Positions 9,494 through 19,200 of a stretch of 38,903 bases of DNA are shown here, piece after piece. The translations under genes were made by a program, and so were the position numbers. The number at the start of each line of letters is the position of its first letter. The stretch's first letter is position 1. This stretch comes from a virus (taxonomy: Duplodnaviria; Caudoviricetes): positions 1 to 38,903 of IMG/VR virus record IMGVR_UViG_3300027205_000004, one strand, 5' to 3'. The notes beneath the pieces were generated by a model. The model did not search any database and was not told the origin of the DNA. It saw only the letters and a program-made list of their open reading frames with translations.

Positions 9494-10394
9494 GTCAACC
9501 TATGGGACTGACCCTAGTCCTGTCGGCGGTTCTGACGCGGTTCAAGTTACCAACCTTGAAGTAACTCCGATTGAATCGGACAACGTTCAAGCGGCTTCTT
9601 ATCAAGGCTTCCTTGGTAACAGCACCCGTGGCACTCTGGTTGCCAACAAGCGCGTCAGCGTGACCTTTGATGTTGAGCTGTCTGGTTCTGGCACTGCTGG
9701 TACTGCTCCTGCCTTCGGTCCGCTGCTGAAGTCCTGTGGCCTGAGCGAGACCACTTCCGCTGGCGTCTCGGTGACTTACGCCCCGGTAAGCAGCAGCTTC
9801 AGTTCCGCCACGATCTACTGCTTCTACGACGGCACCCGCCACAAGATCACCGGCGCACGCGGCACTGTCAGCTTCAACCTAACTGCTGGTCAGTTTGCTG
9901 TTGCCAGCTTCCAGTTCATCGGCATCTACAACGCCCCTGATGACACTGCCCTGTCTGGCTCCTTCACTGTTGCCAACCAGGCTGCTGCCATTGAGGTCAA
10001 CGACACCAACGTGACCACGGCCACCTTCCACGGTGTGACCAGTTCCCGCATTGAGTCGTTCGACATGGCGCTCAACAACGAGCTGCTGTACAAGGAGACC
10101 GCTTCCAACAAAGAGGTTCTCATCACCAACCGCGCCCCTGGTGGTACGGCTGTGATCGAGGCTCCTGCTGTTGGCACCACGGACTTCTTCGCCAAGGCCG
10201 TTGCTTCTGCCACTGGTTCCACCAGCCTTGTATTGGGTGCCACCGCTGGCAACATCGTCACGCTGAACGCAGCGCAGACAGACATCACCGGTTGCAGCTA
10301 CGCTGATACTAACGGCGTAATCGCGCTGTCCATGCCGTACCTGGCTCTGGCCACCACGGCTGGCAACAACGAAGCTTCGCTGGTGTTCACCTGA
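9453..10394 (+). CDS. Major tail tube protein
   Basis: AKIESTYGTD, GPLLKSCG, GARG motifs; strong codon bias. Confidence 0.88.
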   Translation: MALTRKKFLIAKIESTYGTDPSPVGGSDAVQVTNLEVTPIESDNVQAASYQGFLGNSTRGTLVANKRVSVTFDVELSGSGTAGTAPAFGPLLKSCGLSETTSAGVSVTYAPVSSSFSSATIYCFYDGTRHKITGARGTVSFNLTAGQFAVASFQFIGIYNAPDDTALSGSFTVANQAAAIEVNDTNVTTATFHGVTSSRIESFDMALNNELLYKETASNKEVLITNRAPGGTAVIEAPAVGTTDFFAKAVASATGSTSLVLGATAGNIVTLNAAQTDITGCSYADTNGVIALSMPYLALATTAGNNEASLVFT

Positions 10395-10403
10395 TCTCTG
10401 TTC

Positions 10404-10730
10404 ATGGCTTTCGTCCTCAAGAAGACTGCCTCCTACAAGTGGGAAGTCAAAGTTGAGATCCCGGTTGACGGGAATCGCTTCGAGTCTCAAACGTTCGAGG
10501 CAGTCTTCAAGAAGATCAGTCGTTCGGCCTTCAATGCTCTTGTCGAGAAGGGTGATGATGCCCTGCTTGATGGGATCCTTGAAGGCTGGGATGGCATCAA
10601 TGACGAATCCGGCAAGCCAGTTCCTTTTACTGAAAAGAACAAGAAGGAGCTGTGTGACGACCCCTACGTCATCAAGGCTTTGATTCAGGCGTATGCAGAT
10701 AGCGTCACTTGGGCGCCGGCAAAAAACTAA
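10404..10730 (+). CDS. Tail assembly chaperone (G-like)
   Basis: Between tube and tape measure genes; ends in slippery A AAA AAC TAA. Confidence 0.85.
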   Translation: MAFVLKKTASYKWEVKVEIPVDGNRFESQTFEAVFKKISRSAFNALVEKGDDALLDGILEGWDGINDESGKPVPFTEKNKKELCDDPYVIKALIQAYADSVTWAPAKN

Positions 10731-11068
10731 AAGACGCCGCTGAGTACTGGGCGAAAGGCGGCGTTGTAGACGAACGTGAGGCCGACCTGAAGGCTCTTGG
10801 CGCAAGCGAGGAGCAGATCGCCGCTGCCCGTCTGCAGGCTGCACAACAGGATTGTGAGATCTGGGAGGAGAACTGGGACGTTGTGTTGATGTTCATCCGC
10901 ATGTCGACGCAATGGCACACGAGCATGGCCGGATTGACCGGACTGATCTACCCGAGTTTGGAATGGCTATGTAAGCTGTATTCAGTCAAGGATCCTGTTG
11001 CCATCTTCGAAGGCGTGCAGGTGATGGAAATGGCTGCCCTAGCCGTTCTGAACAGCAAACGCAAATGA
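10721..11068 (+). CDS. Tail assembly chaperone -1 frameshift extension (GT-like, DUF1799-like)
   Basis: Open -1 frame with no good start; EIWEENW..TQW..GL.Y motifs. Confidence 0.8.
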   Translation, partial: KKLKDAAEYWAKGGVVDEREADLKALGASEEQIAAARLQAAQQDCEIWEENWDVVLMFIRMSTQWHTSMAGLTGLIYPSLEWLCKLYSVKDPVAIFEGVQVMEMAALAVLNSKRK

Positions 11069-13635
11069 GCCAAACCACTGAGCTGCTGCTGAGGATCAAG
11101 CAACAGGGCGGTGAGCAGCTCACGAGGTTGTCTGGCAGCTTCAAGAATCTGGGGCAACAAGCTGCGGCTGCCAATGTCAATTTCAAAGAAGTATCTGATG
11201 AACTGAGAAAGATTCAACAGACTTCTGCGAACAGCATCAATAATCTCAAAGGCTATGCAAATGCATGGCGCGAGATTGCAAATAGCGTTGAACTTGGCAG
11301 CAGAGAATTCAGGCAGGCAAACGCCGAGGCCGCAAAACTTGAAGCGCAACTGAGAAAGGTTCAACCTGGCGGGCGCGGGCGTCTTGCTGCTGGCGCACAA
11401 ATTGCAGGGACGATTGCTGGTGCTGGCGTGTTTGGCGGCCTTGAAGGGGCTGCTGGCGCTGGTATTGGCGCGATTGTGGGCGGTGTTCCCGGTGCAATTA
11501 CCGGCGGTGCAATTGGCGCTCAGGTCGGGATGTTCCGCCAAGGGCTTGGTGATGTTGCCACTTATGCGGCTGAACTGAGCAAACAACGCCAAGCATTGCG
11601 GCTGGTCACAAAGGATTCGTTTGAGTACCAACGGGCGCTTTCGTTTATCAGCCAAACCAGCCGTGATTTGGCAATTCCGCAAGAAATTATTACCCGCCAG
11701 TTCACTCAACTGACAGCCTCAGTTAAAGGCGCTGGCGGCAATGTTCGCGATGCAGAAAAAGCATTTATTGGTGTTGCCTCTGGTATTCGAGGCACTGGCG
11801 GAAGCCTTGAGCAGCTTGATTCGGCTCTGACCGCAACTTCTCAGGTCTTCAGCAAGGGCAAGGTTTCCGCTGAAGAATTGCGGCAGCAGATCGGTGAGCG
11901 TTTGCCCGGTGCATTCAGCCTGTTTGCCAAAGCTCTTGACATGACGCCCCAAGAGCTTGATAAGGCGCTTGAAAAAGGTCAGGTCAGCCTGCAGGACTTC
12001 CAGTTATTTGCAGAAAAATTATTCCTTGAATACGGCGAAAGCGCAAAGATTTTGGCTGATGGTCCAGATGCTGCTGGTGATCGCCTGAAGACTCAATTAG
12101 CGGAACTTAAAGGCGAAATTGGTCCGATCCTCAAGGACATGGGCGCATCGTTCCAAAACTTTGCCAGTGAGGCCATTAAGTCGTTTTTGAGCTTGGGCAA
12201 AGAACTTGAGCGTTTTGGGCGCTTAATGGAAGAGAAATTTGGAGGAAAGTTGCTTGATAATGCAATTAGAAATGTAAAAGCGCAAGACGCAATTATTAAA
12301 CAACTTGAAGCTGAACAATTGGTTCGCGTTGGTGGATTATCAAAAGAGGAAAAAAGCCAGCTTTCTCTGGCAAGGGCTTTACGTGCTGGCTCGATGCAAA
12401 TCATTCAAGGCGCAAAAGCTGGACCAGCAGCGCCAGCAGCAGAGCAGCCATCAAACTTGCCAGGCATTGATACCACTGGCGGTGGCGACTCTAAATCAAT
12501 TTTGAGAAAGTTACAGTCTGACTTTTCGCGTTCTATCGCTGTACTTGGCCGTCAGTTCAACAATCAAACGCGCAAGCAACTGCTCAATGATGTCTTGGTT
12601 ATTGAGCAAAAAATTACAGCAGCATTGAAAAAGGGAAATCTGGATGAAGCCGAAAGATTGAGAATTGTTCAGCGGCGTCAAGCCCTAGAGATTACTCGCG
12701 ATGTTTTAATTAATGAAGAAACAGCTCTAGAAAATAAAATTCTAGAAGGCAAGCGCAAAGGGGTTGATGTAACAGATGCTCAAATTCGTCTAGACGGAAT
12801 CAGGCTTGAGCGTGAACAGGCCGTGGCCGATATCAGAAAACTTGACAATGATGAACTGGCAAAAACAGTTGCATTCTTGAATCAAATTAAAGAAAAACTG
12901 CCCACCTACAAAGGTGGTGAGGTTGAGCAGATAACTGTTTTTGGAAAAATGAAGGAAGAGATTGATGCGCTAAAGCAGTCTTTCGAAGATCTTCAGCCGC
13001 GCTTGACTGATCTTGCGGGCGGTTTGTCGACCAGCCTTGGCACTGCATTTAGCAACCTTGTGTTCTCGGCGCAATCAGCGCGTGAGGCGCTTGGCACCTT
13101 GTTCCAAGACATTGCCAAATCATTCCAGAACATGGTGATTCAAATGATCACCGATTACCTGAAGTTGCAAATTATGACCTTCTTCAGGAACATCTTCGCC
13201 CCTGCGCCCGTCAGTGTTGCTGGTAATTATTTCGGCGGTGGTGCGCCGAGCATGTTCACCAACCCTTCGTTTGGTGTCGGCACTGGAAGCTTTGGCGGTT
13301 CGTTGCTGCCCAGCTTTGCAATGGGTGGAATCATGACCGCCAACGGTCCGCTCAAGCTCAAACGTTACGCAGCCGGCGGCATTGCAACCGGTCCACAACT
13401 CGCCATGTACGGCGAAGGAAGCCGCCCTGAAGCCTATGTGCCTCTGCCTGATGGCCGCAGCATTCCTGTGACGATGAATGGCGGTGGTGTCGGTAATGTT
13501 GTTGTGAATGTCGATGCCAATGGCAGCAACGTTGAAGGCAACGGTCAACAGGCCAATGCACTTGGCAAAGCAATCGGCATCGCCGTTCAGCAAGAGCTGA
13601 TCAAGCAGAAACGTCCTGGAGGCTTGCTCTCGTAA
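11065..13635 (+). CDS. Tape measure protein
   Basis: 856 aa helical; SQVFSKGKVSAEELRQQIGERLPGA; C-terminal FAMGG..GE..PE. Confidence 0.95.
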   Translation: MSQTTELLLRIKQQGGEQLTRLSGSFKNLGQQAAAANVNFKEVSDELRKIQQTSANSINNLKGYANAWREIANSVELGSREFRQANAEAAKLEAQLRKVQPGGRGRLAAGAQIAGTIAGAGVFGGLEGAAGAGIGAIVGGVPGAITGGAIGAQVGMFRQGLGDVATYAAELSKQRQALRLVTKDSFEYQRALSFISQTSRDLAIPQEIITRQFTQLTASVKGAGGNVRDAEKAFIGVASGIRGTGGSLEQLDSALTATSQVFSKGKVSAEELRQQIGERLPGAFSLFAKALDMTPQELDKALEKGQVSLQDFQLFAEKLFLEYGESAKILADGPDAAGDRLKTQLAELKGEIGPILKDMGASFQNFASEAIKSFLSLGKELERFGRLMEEKFGGKLLDNAIRNVKAQDAIIKQLEAEQLVRVGGLSKEEKSQLSLARALRAGSMQIIQGAKAGPAAPAAEQPSNLPGIDTTGGGDSKSILRKLQSDFSRSIAVLGRQFNNQTRKQLLNDVLVIEQKITAALKKGNLDEAERLRIVQRRQALEITRDVLINEETALENKILEGKRKGVDVTDAQIRLDGIRLEREQAVADIRKLDNDELAKTVAFLNQIKEKLPTYKGGEVEQITVFGKMKEEIDALKQSFEDLQPRLTDLAGGLSTSLGTAFSNLVFSAQSAREALGTLFQDIAKSFQNMVIQMITDYLKLQIMTFFRNIFAPAPVSVAGNYFGGGAPSMFTNPSFGVGTGSFGGSLLPSFAMGGIMTANGPLKLKRYAAGGIATGPQLAMYGEGSRPEAYVPLPDGRSIPVTMNGGGVGNVVVNVDANGSNVEGNGQQANALGKAIGIAVQQELIKQKRPGGLLS

Positions 13636-14006
13636 TGGCCACTTTCAACGACGCCACTGTTGGCACCAGCACGGGCGGCACCACGCCTGATTTCGGTGCG
13701 TCACGCAAAAGCCAGCCAAATGTACGAAAAGTGCAGTTTGGTGATGGCTACGAGCAACGTCTGACCTATGGGTTAAATCAAAACCCACGCGTTTGGGATC
13801 TGACTTGGACAGCTAAGGACAGCACGGATGCCGATGCCATTGAGGCGTTTTTTGATGCACGCGCTGCTGACAACGCCAGCTTTGATTGGACGCCATTGGA
13901 TGAAGCAACGGCCTACAAATGGGTTGTAGAGAGTTGGTCGCGTGACCTGCGTTACGCCAACGTGAATACGATTACAGCCACCTTCCGTCAAGTATTTGAA
14001 CCCTGA
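13635..14006 (+). CDS. Minor tail protein, lambda gpM-like
   Basis: FGDGYEQR..GLN, FDWTP, ATFRQVFEP. Confidence 0.92.
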   Translation: MATFNDATVGTSTGGTTPDFGASRKSQPNVRKVQFGDGYEQRLTYGLNQNPRVWDLTWTAKDSTDADAIEAFFDARAADNASFDWTPLDEATAYKWVVESWSRDLRYANVNTITATFRQVFEP

Positions 14007-14899
14007 TGGCGTACTCGGCTTGGGCTAGTTCAACTGCCTACAGCGTTGGCAATATTGTCCGCGCCAGCAGTTTGCAGGCATCCGGCCTCGTCTTCCAATG
14101 CACCACGGCTGGCACCAGTTCCAGCACCCAACCCGCGTGGCCAACTGACATCGGCAGCACCATCACGGATGGCACGGTTGTCTGGACGGCGATTAGCAGC
14201 GTCTACGAGGAGCTGGCCGCACTGGCACCAAGCGCCATCATTGAACTGTTCGAAATGACGCTGGACACCACCCTGCACGGCAGCAGTGACACCTACCGCT
14301 GGCACAACGGCTGCAACGCCAATGTCACCGGCAACATCACATGGAACGGCAACGCCTATACCCGTCTACCCGTCAAGGCCGAAGGCTTTGAATACACCAA
14401 CACAGGCACCCTGCCGCGCCCCACGCTGACCATCAGCAACCTAGATGGCACCATGACCACGCTGCTGTTGCTGGTCAACGCCACCACACCCGGTAACGAC
14501 CTCGGTGGCGCCACGGTCAAGAGGATCCGCACCCTGAAAAAATACCTTGACGGCGAAACCGCCGCAGACCCACATGCCAAGTTCCCCGATGAGATTTGGT
14601 ACGTGGACCGCAAGTCAAGCGAAAACCGCGATTCGGTGAGCTTCGAACTAGCCAGCAAATTCGACCTCGCTGGCGTGATGATTCCCAAGCGCCAAATTAT
14701 TGCCAACATCTGCCAGTGGAAATACCGCAGCACCGAGTGCGGCTACACCGGCAGCAATTATTACGACACCAATGACAATGCTGTTGGAACATTGGCAGAA
14801 GATAAATGCGGTAAGCGGATTGGCTCGTGCAAATTGCGGTTTGGCGAAAACTCTGAGTTGCCCTTCGGCTCATTCCCAAGTGCGGGTTTAATTCAATGA
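14006..14899 (+). CDS. Minor tail protein, lambda gpL-like, with extra N-terminal domain
   Basis: RPTLTISN, RIRT..KYLD, CQW.YR..ECGY, DKCGK...C.LRFG, FG.FP. Confidence 0.92.
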   Translation: MAYSAWASSTAYSVGNIVRASSLQASGLVFQCTTAGTSSSTQPAWPTDIGSTITDGTVVWTAISSVYEELAALAPSAIIELFEMTLDTTLHGSSDTYRWHNGCNANVTGNITWNGNAYTRLPVKAEGFEYTNTGTLPRPTLTISNLDGTMTTLLLLVNATTPGNDLGGATVKRIRTLKKYLDGETAADPHAKFPDEIWYVDRKSSENRDSVSFELASKFDLAGVMIPKRQIIANICQWKYRSTECGYTGSNYYDTNDNAVGTLAEDKCGKRIGSCKLRFGENSELPFGSFPSAGLIQ

Positions 14900-15609
14900 A
14901 TCTCACCGACGCCATTAAGGAAGCTGCACTGGAACACGCCAAGGCGGAATTTCCAAGGGAATCCTGCGGACTGGTTGCTGTGGTCAAAGGCCGCAAGCGG
15001 TATTTCCCGTGCCGCAACATGGCCGAAACCCCAGACGAACATTTCGTGCTGGATCCGGCTGATTACGTTGCCGCCGAAGACCAAGGCGAAATTGTGGCGG
15101 TGGTGCATAGCCACCCCAAGACAAACCCAGCGCCGTCTCAAGCCGACCGCGTTGCCTGCGAAAAATCCGGCCTGCCGTGGCACATCGTCAACCCGCAAAC
15201 CGAACAGTGGGGTTATTGCGAGCCAGAAGGCTTCGAACTTCCCTACGTGGGACGTGAGTTTGTTTTTGGAATTGTGGACTGCTACACGCTGTGCCGCGAC
15301 TGGTACAACCGCGAGTTTGGGCTGCATCTCAGCCACTACGACCGCCGTGACCAGTTCTGGCTGCGGGGTGAGAATTTATACCTAGATAACTTTGCCAACG
15401 AAGGCTTCTACCCCATCCCGCTGGAGGAGCTGCAGTACGGCGACGCAATCCTGATGCAGCTTGCATCATCGCTACCCAACCACGCTGCCGTCTACCTTGG
15501 CGACCAACTGATCCTGCACCACATCCAAGGCCGCCTCAGTAGCCGCGACATCTATGGCGGCTATTATCTAAAAAGCACCGCCCGAGTCCTGCGGCATGAA
15601 AGTCGTTAA
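14896..15609 (+). CDS. Tail tip assembly protein, lambda gpK-like (JAB + NlpC/P60)
   Basis: PRESCG, HSHP...PS..D, DCY, NHAAVYLG..ILHH. Confidence 0.93.
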   Translation: MNLTDAIKEAALEHAKAEFPRESCGLVAVVKGRKRYFPCRNMAETPDEHFVLDPADYVAAEDQGEIVAVVHSHPKTNPAPSQADRVACEKSGLPWHIVNPQTEQWGYCEPEGFELPYVGREFVFGIVDCYTLCRDWYNREFGLHLSHYDRRDQFWLRGENLYLDNFANEGFYPIPLEELQYGDAILMQLASSLPNHAAVYLGDQLILHHIQGRLSSRDIYGGYYLKSTARVLRHESR

Positions 15610-16273
15610 GGTCTACGGCGCACTCCGCAAAAAGCTGGGTCAGTGCCGCTTCCAATTTGAAGCCGACACGCCAGCGCAGGCGCTCAAGGCACTTTGCGTC
15701 AATTTTCCCGGTCTTGAAAAGTGGCTGATTGATAGCGAACAGGACGGTGTTGGCTATCGTGTAACAATCGGAAAAGAAAAGGTCACCGAACAAAACGCCG
15801 TGTTGATTGCGGCTCCATTTAGTGAGCGGGAAGTTTTTAGTATTACGCCTGTAATTGCTGGTGCTGGCGATGGCGCGGGACAGATTTTGGCGGGTGTTGG
15901 CCTGATCGCCTTGGCCATTGTTACCGGAGGCATTGCATCTGCTGGTGTGGCCTTGGGAGGTTTTATGGGAATCGGAACAATCGGAACGGCTGTTGTTGGT
16001 ATAGGCGCCAGCCTTGTCCTTGGCGGCATTGCACAAGCTCTTTCGCCTGCACCGGTTAATTCGACTTCAACTTTTGAGCGCGGACGTGAGGCGGCAAAGC
16101 TGGAATCATTTAGCTTTAGCGGCATTGTGAACACGTCCAAACAGGGATTGCCCGTACCGATTGCCTACGGTCGATTGTTTGTGGGTTCCGCTGTAATTTC
16201 TAGCGGCCTTGATGTGGAGTTCAGCGGCAATGCTGGTAAATCCACTGGCGAAGTATTTGCGAGCAAGGGTTGA
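15596..16273 (+). CDS. Tail assembly protein, lambda gpI-like
   Basis: Ubiquitin-like N-terminus, Gly-rich hydrophobic segment, NT..QG.PVP..YG. Confidence 0.9.
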   Translation: MKVVKVYGALRKKLGQCRFQFEADTPAQALKALCVNFPGLEKWLIDSEQDGVGYRVTIGKEKVTEQNAVLIAAPFSEREVFSITPVIAGAGDGAGQILAGVGLIALAIVTGGIASAGVALGGFMGIGTIGTAVVGIGASLVLGGIAQALSPAPVNSTSTFERGREAAKLESFSFSGIVNTSKQGLPVPIAYGRLFVGSAVISSGLDVEFSGNAGKSTGEVFASKG

Positions 16274-19200
16274 TGACAAAAAGAACAGCTCTACTCCAAG
16301 GTTCTGGTGGCGGCGGCGGTGGAGGCTGCTTCCTTGGCCATACGCTCGTCGCGGTTCCAAACGGCCAACGCCGAATTGATGAACTGCAATCGGGCGATCT
16401 GGTTCTGAGCTTTGACCATACCGGCGAAGTCCACGAAGCCAAAATCCTCAAAGTCCACGAACACGAAGGCGAGCGCGTTATCCGCTACACGCTCTGGGGC
16501 GGACAGCATCTTGATGCCACCCCTAACCACTGGGTTCTAAACCAGTTCAACGCCTTCGTCGAAATTGACACGTTTGGCGCTGATGATTGCCTTGTTGACG
16601 CCAACGGCCACCTCCGTCCCGTCGTCGGCAAGACCGAATTCTGCACTGGCACGGTCTACAACCTGACCGTCGAAGGCCACCACACCTTCATCGCCGGCGG
16701 AATCCGCGTCCACAATGCCGGTCTTGGCCTTGGTATTGCTGGTGCTGGTGGCGGTGGTGGCGGTGGCGGCAAGGGCGGTGGTGGCGGCAGAAGGACGCCT
16801 TATGAGGCAGATGATTCGCTGCAGTCCACCCAATATGCAAGTGTTCTAGATCTTATTTGCGAAGGTGAAATCCAAGGTCTAGATAACGGCGCCAAAAGTA
16901 TCTATTTAGATGATACCCCGATTGAAGATGCGGCAGGAAATAAAAACTTTCGCGGCTATCAAGTTGTTACCAGAAATGGCACGCAAAATCAAACTATTAT
17001 CGGTGCTGATCTAAATGCAACAGAATCTGAAAATGGCGTCAGCGTCCAGCTTTTTGCATCCACACCTGTAACTCGTCAAATCACGAATACAGCAGTAGAT
17101 CGAGTCCGCGTGACGGTTAACGTTCCAGCACTGCAAATTTTGCAAGACGATGGCGACATTGTTGGCCACAGCGTATCGCTAAAAATTGAAACCCAATACA
17201 ATTCCGGCGGTTACACAGAAGTCATTAGCGACACAATTAGCGGTAAAACAGGCAATTTATATCAGCGCGATTACATGCTGGCGCTGAATGGCGCATTTCC
17301 AGTTGACATCCGAGTTACAAGAACAAGTGGCGATGAAAGCTCCGCTAAGCGCCAAAATGACATCTACTGGTCTAGCTACACAGAAATTATTGACGAAAAG
17401 TTGCGTTATCCAAACAGCGCCCTTGTTGGCCTGCGGTTTGATTCGCGCAACTTCAATAATATCCCCAAGCGTAAATATCTAATCCGTGGAGCAAAAATAC
17501 AGTTGCCCAGCAACGCAACCGTTGATACCACTACACACCTAGGGCGCGTAACCTACGCCGGCGTCTGGGACGGCACTTTTGGCGCTGCGACTTGGTGCAA
17601 CGACCCCGCCTGGTGCCTGTGGGATTTATTGATCAGCACTCGTTACGGCGCCGGAATACCAGCCAGTAACTTAGATCGTTATGACTTTTATGCGATTAGT
17701 CAGTATTGCAACGAGTTGGTCGAAAACGGCAAAGGTGGCTTGGAGCCTCGCTTCTCATGCAACCTGCTGATTAACAGCCGCGACGAGGTTTACAACGTCA
17801 TCCAAGAAATGACCAGCCTGTTCCGTGGCATCGCCTATTACGGCGCCGGTTCGCTGGTACTGCAGCAGGACAAGCCAACTGATTCGCAATATCTGCTGGG
17901 ACCAAGCAACGTTGTTGATGGCGTTTTTAATTACAGCGGATCATCTCAAAAGGCTAGACACAGCGTCGCCACTGTTGCCTGGCAGTCCTACGACACCTTG
18001 GGCGAAGTTGAATACGAATACGTTGAAGATGCGGAAGCTGTAGCCAAATACGGCATCATTAATAAAGACATCAAGGCGCTGGGTTGTTACAGCCAAGGCC
18101 AAGCACATCGGGCTGGTAAATGGGCGCTACTGAGCGAACAGAATCTGACCGAAACTATCACCTTTTCGGTCTCAATCGACAGCGGCATCATCCTGCGCCC
18201 CGGCATGGTGATCGACATTGCCGATCCGCTTAAAGCCGGATCACGCCGCAGCGGTCGCGTTAGTTCTGCCACCACAACCGCCATCACTGTTGACAGCAGC
18301 ACCAATCTCACCGTCAACCTGTCGAACAGCCCGACAATTTCGGTGTTGATGCCAACCGGCTTGGTGGAAACCAAAACCATCAGCAGCATTTCTGGCACAA
18401 CCATCAACGTCAGCAGCGCGTTCAGCGAAGCACCCAACGCTAACGCTATCTGGCTAATCCAAACCAGCGACATCGAAGCCCAGCAATACCGCGTGTTGAA
18501 TGTCGCAGAATCCGAAGATGGTATTTACGGCGTAACTGCGCTGCAGTACAACAGCACGATTTACGACGCGATTGAAAGCAATAACAAATTACTGCGCCGA
18601 GACATTAGTAACCTGTCTGCCAAGCCCGATACAGTTGGCAACATTTCTGGATCGGAATACATTTATCAAGATGGGCAAAATGTATTTTCCGGTTTTGATT
18701 TAAGTTGGATCAGCCCTAGACAACGTGTTAGCGAATTTCGGGTTGACTATCGAATTGATAATGATAACTGGAAGCAGGTTGTCAGCACCTCTCCTTCGGT
18801 GCAAATTAAACAAACACGCCCCGGCATTTTATATATTCAAATAACGGCGGCAAACTACCTCAATAAAATTAGCGACATTGCATCAGCCCAATTCACGCTT
18901 GTTGGTAAAACTGCTGTTCCCGGCAATGTTCAAAATCTGACGTTTGAAGCCATCAACAACAACTCCGGTCGCCTGCGCTGGGACGAAACCGTTGATCTTG
19001 ACGTAAAAGTTGGCGGCAAAATTCATATTCGCCACAGCAGCTTGACCGACGGCACGGCTACTTGGAGCAACAGCGTTGACCTAATCCCCGCCAAATCCGG
19101 CAGCTCAACAGAGGCAATCATTCCGCTTGTAGAAGGCGAAGTGCTGGTGAAATTTGAAGATGACGGTGGGCGGCAATCAGCCAGCGAAACCAGCGTCATT

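Noticed and set aside
16327-16716. Mobile splicing intein
   Set aside because: No endonuclease domain and Ala at +1; kept as a Hint cleavage domain instead.
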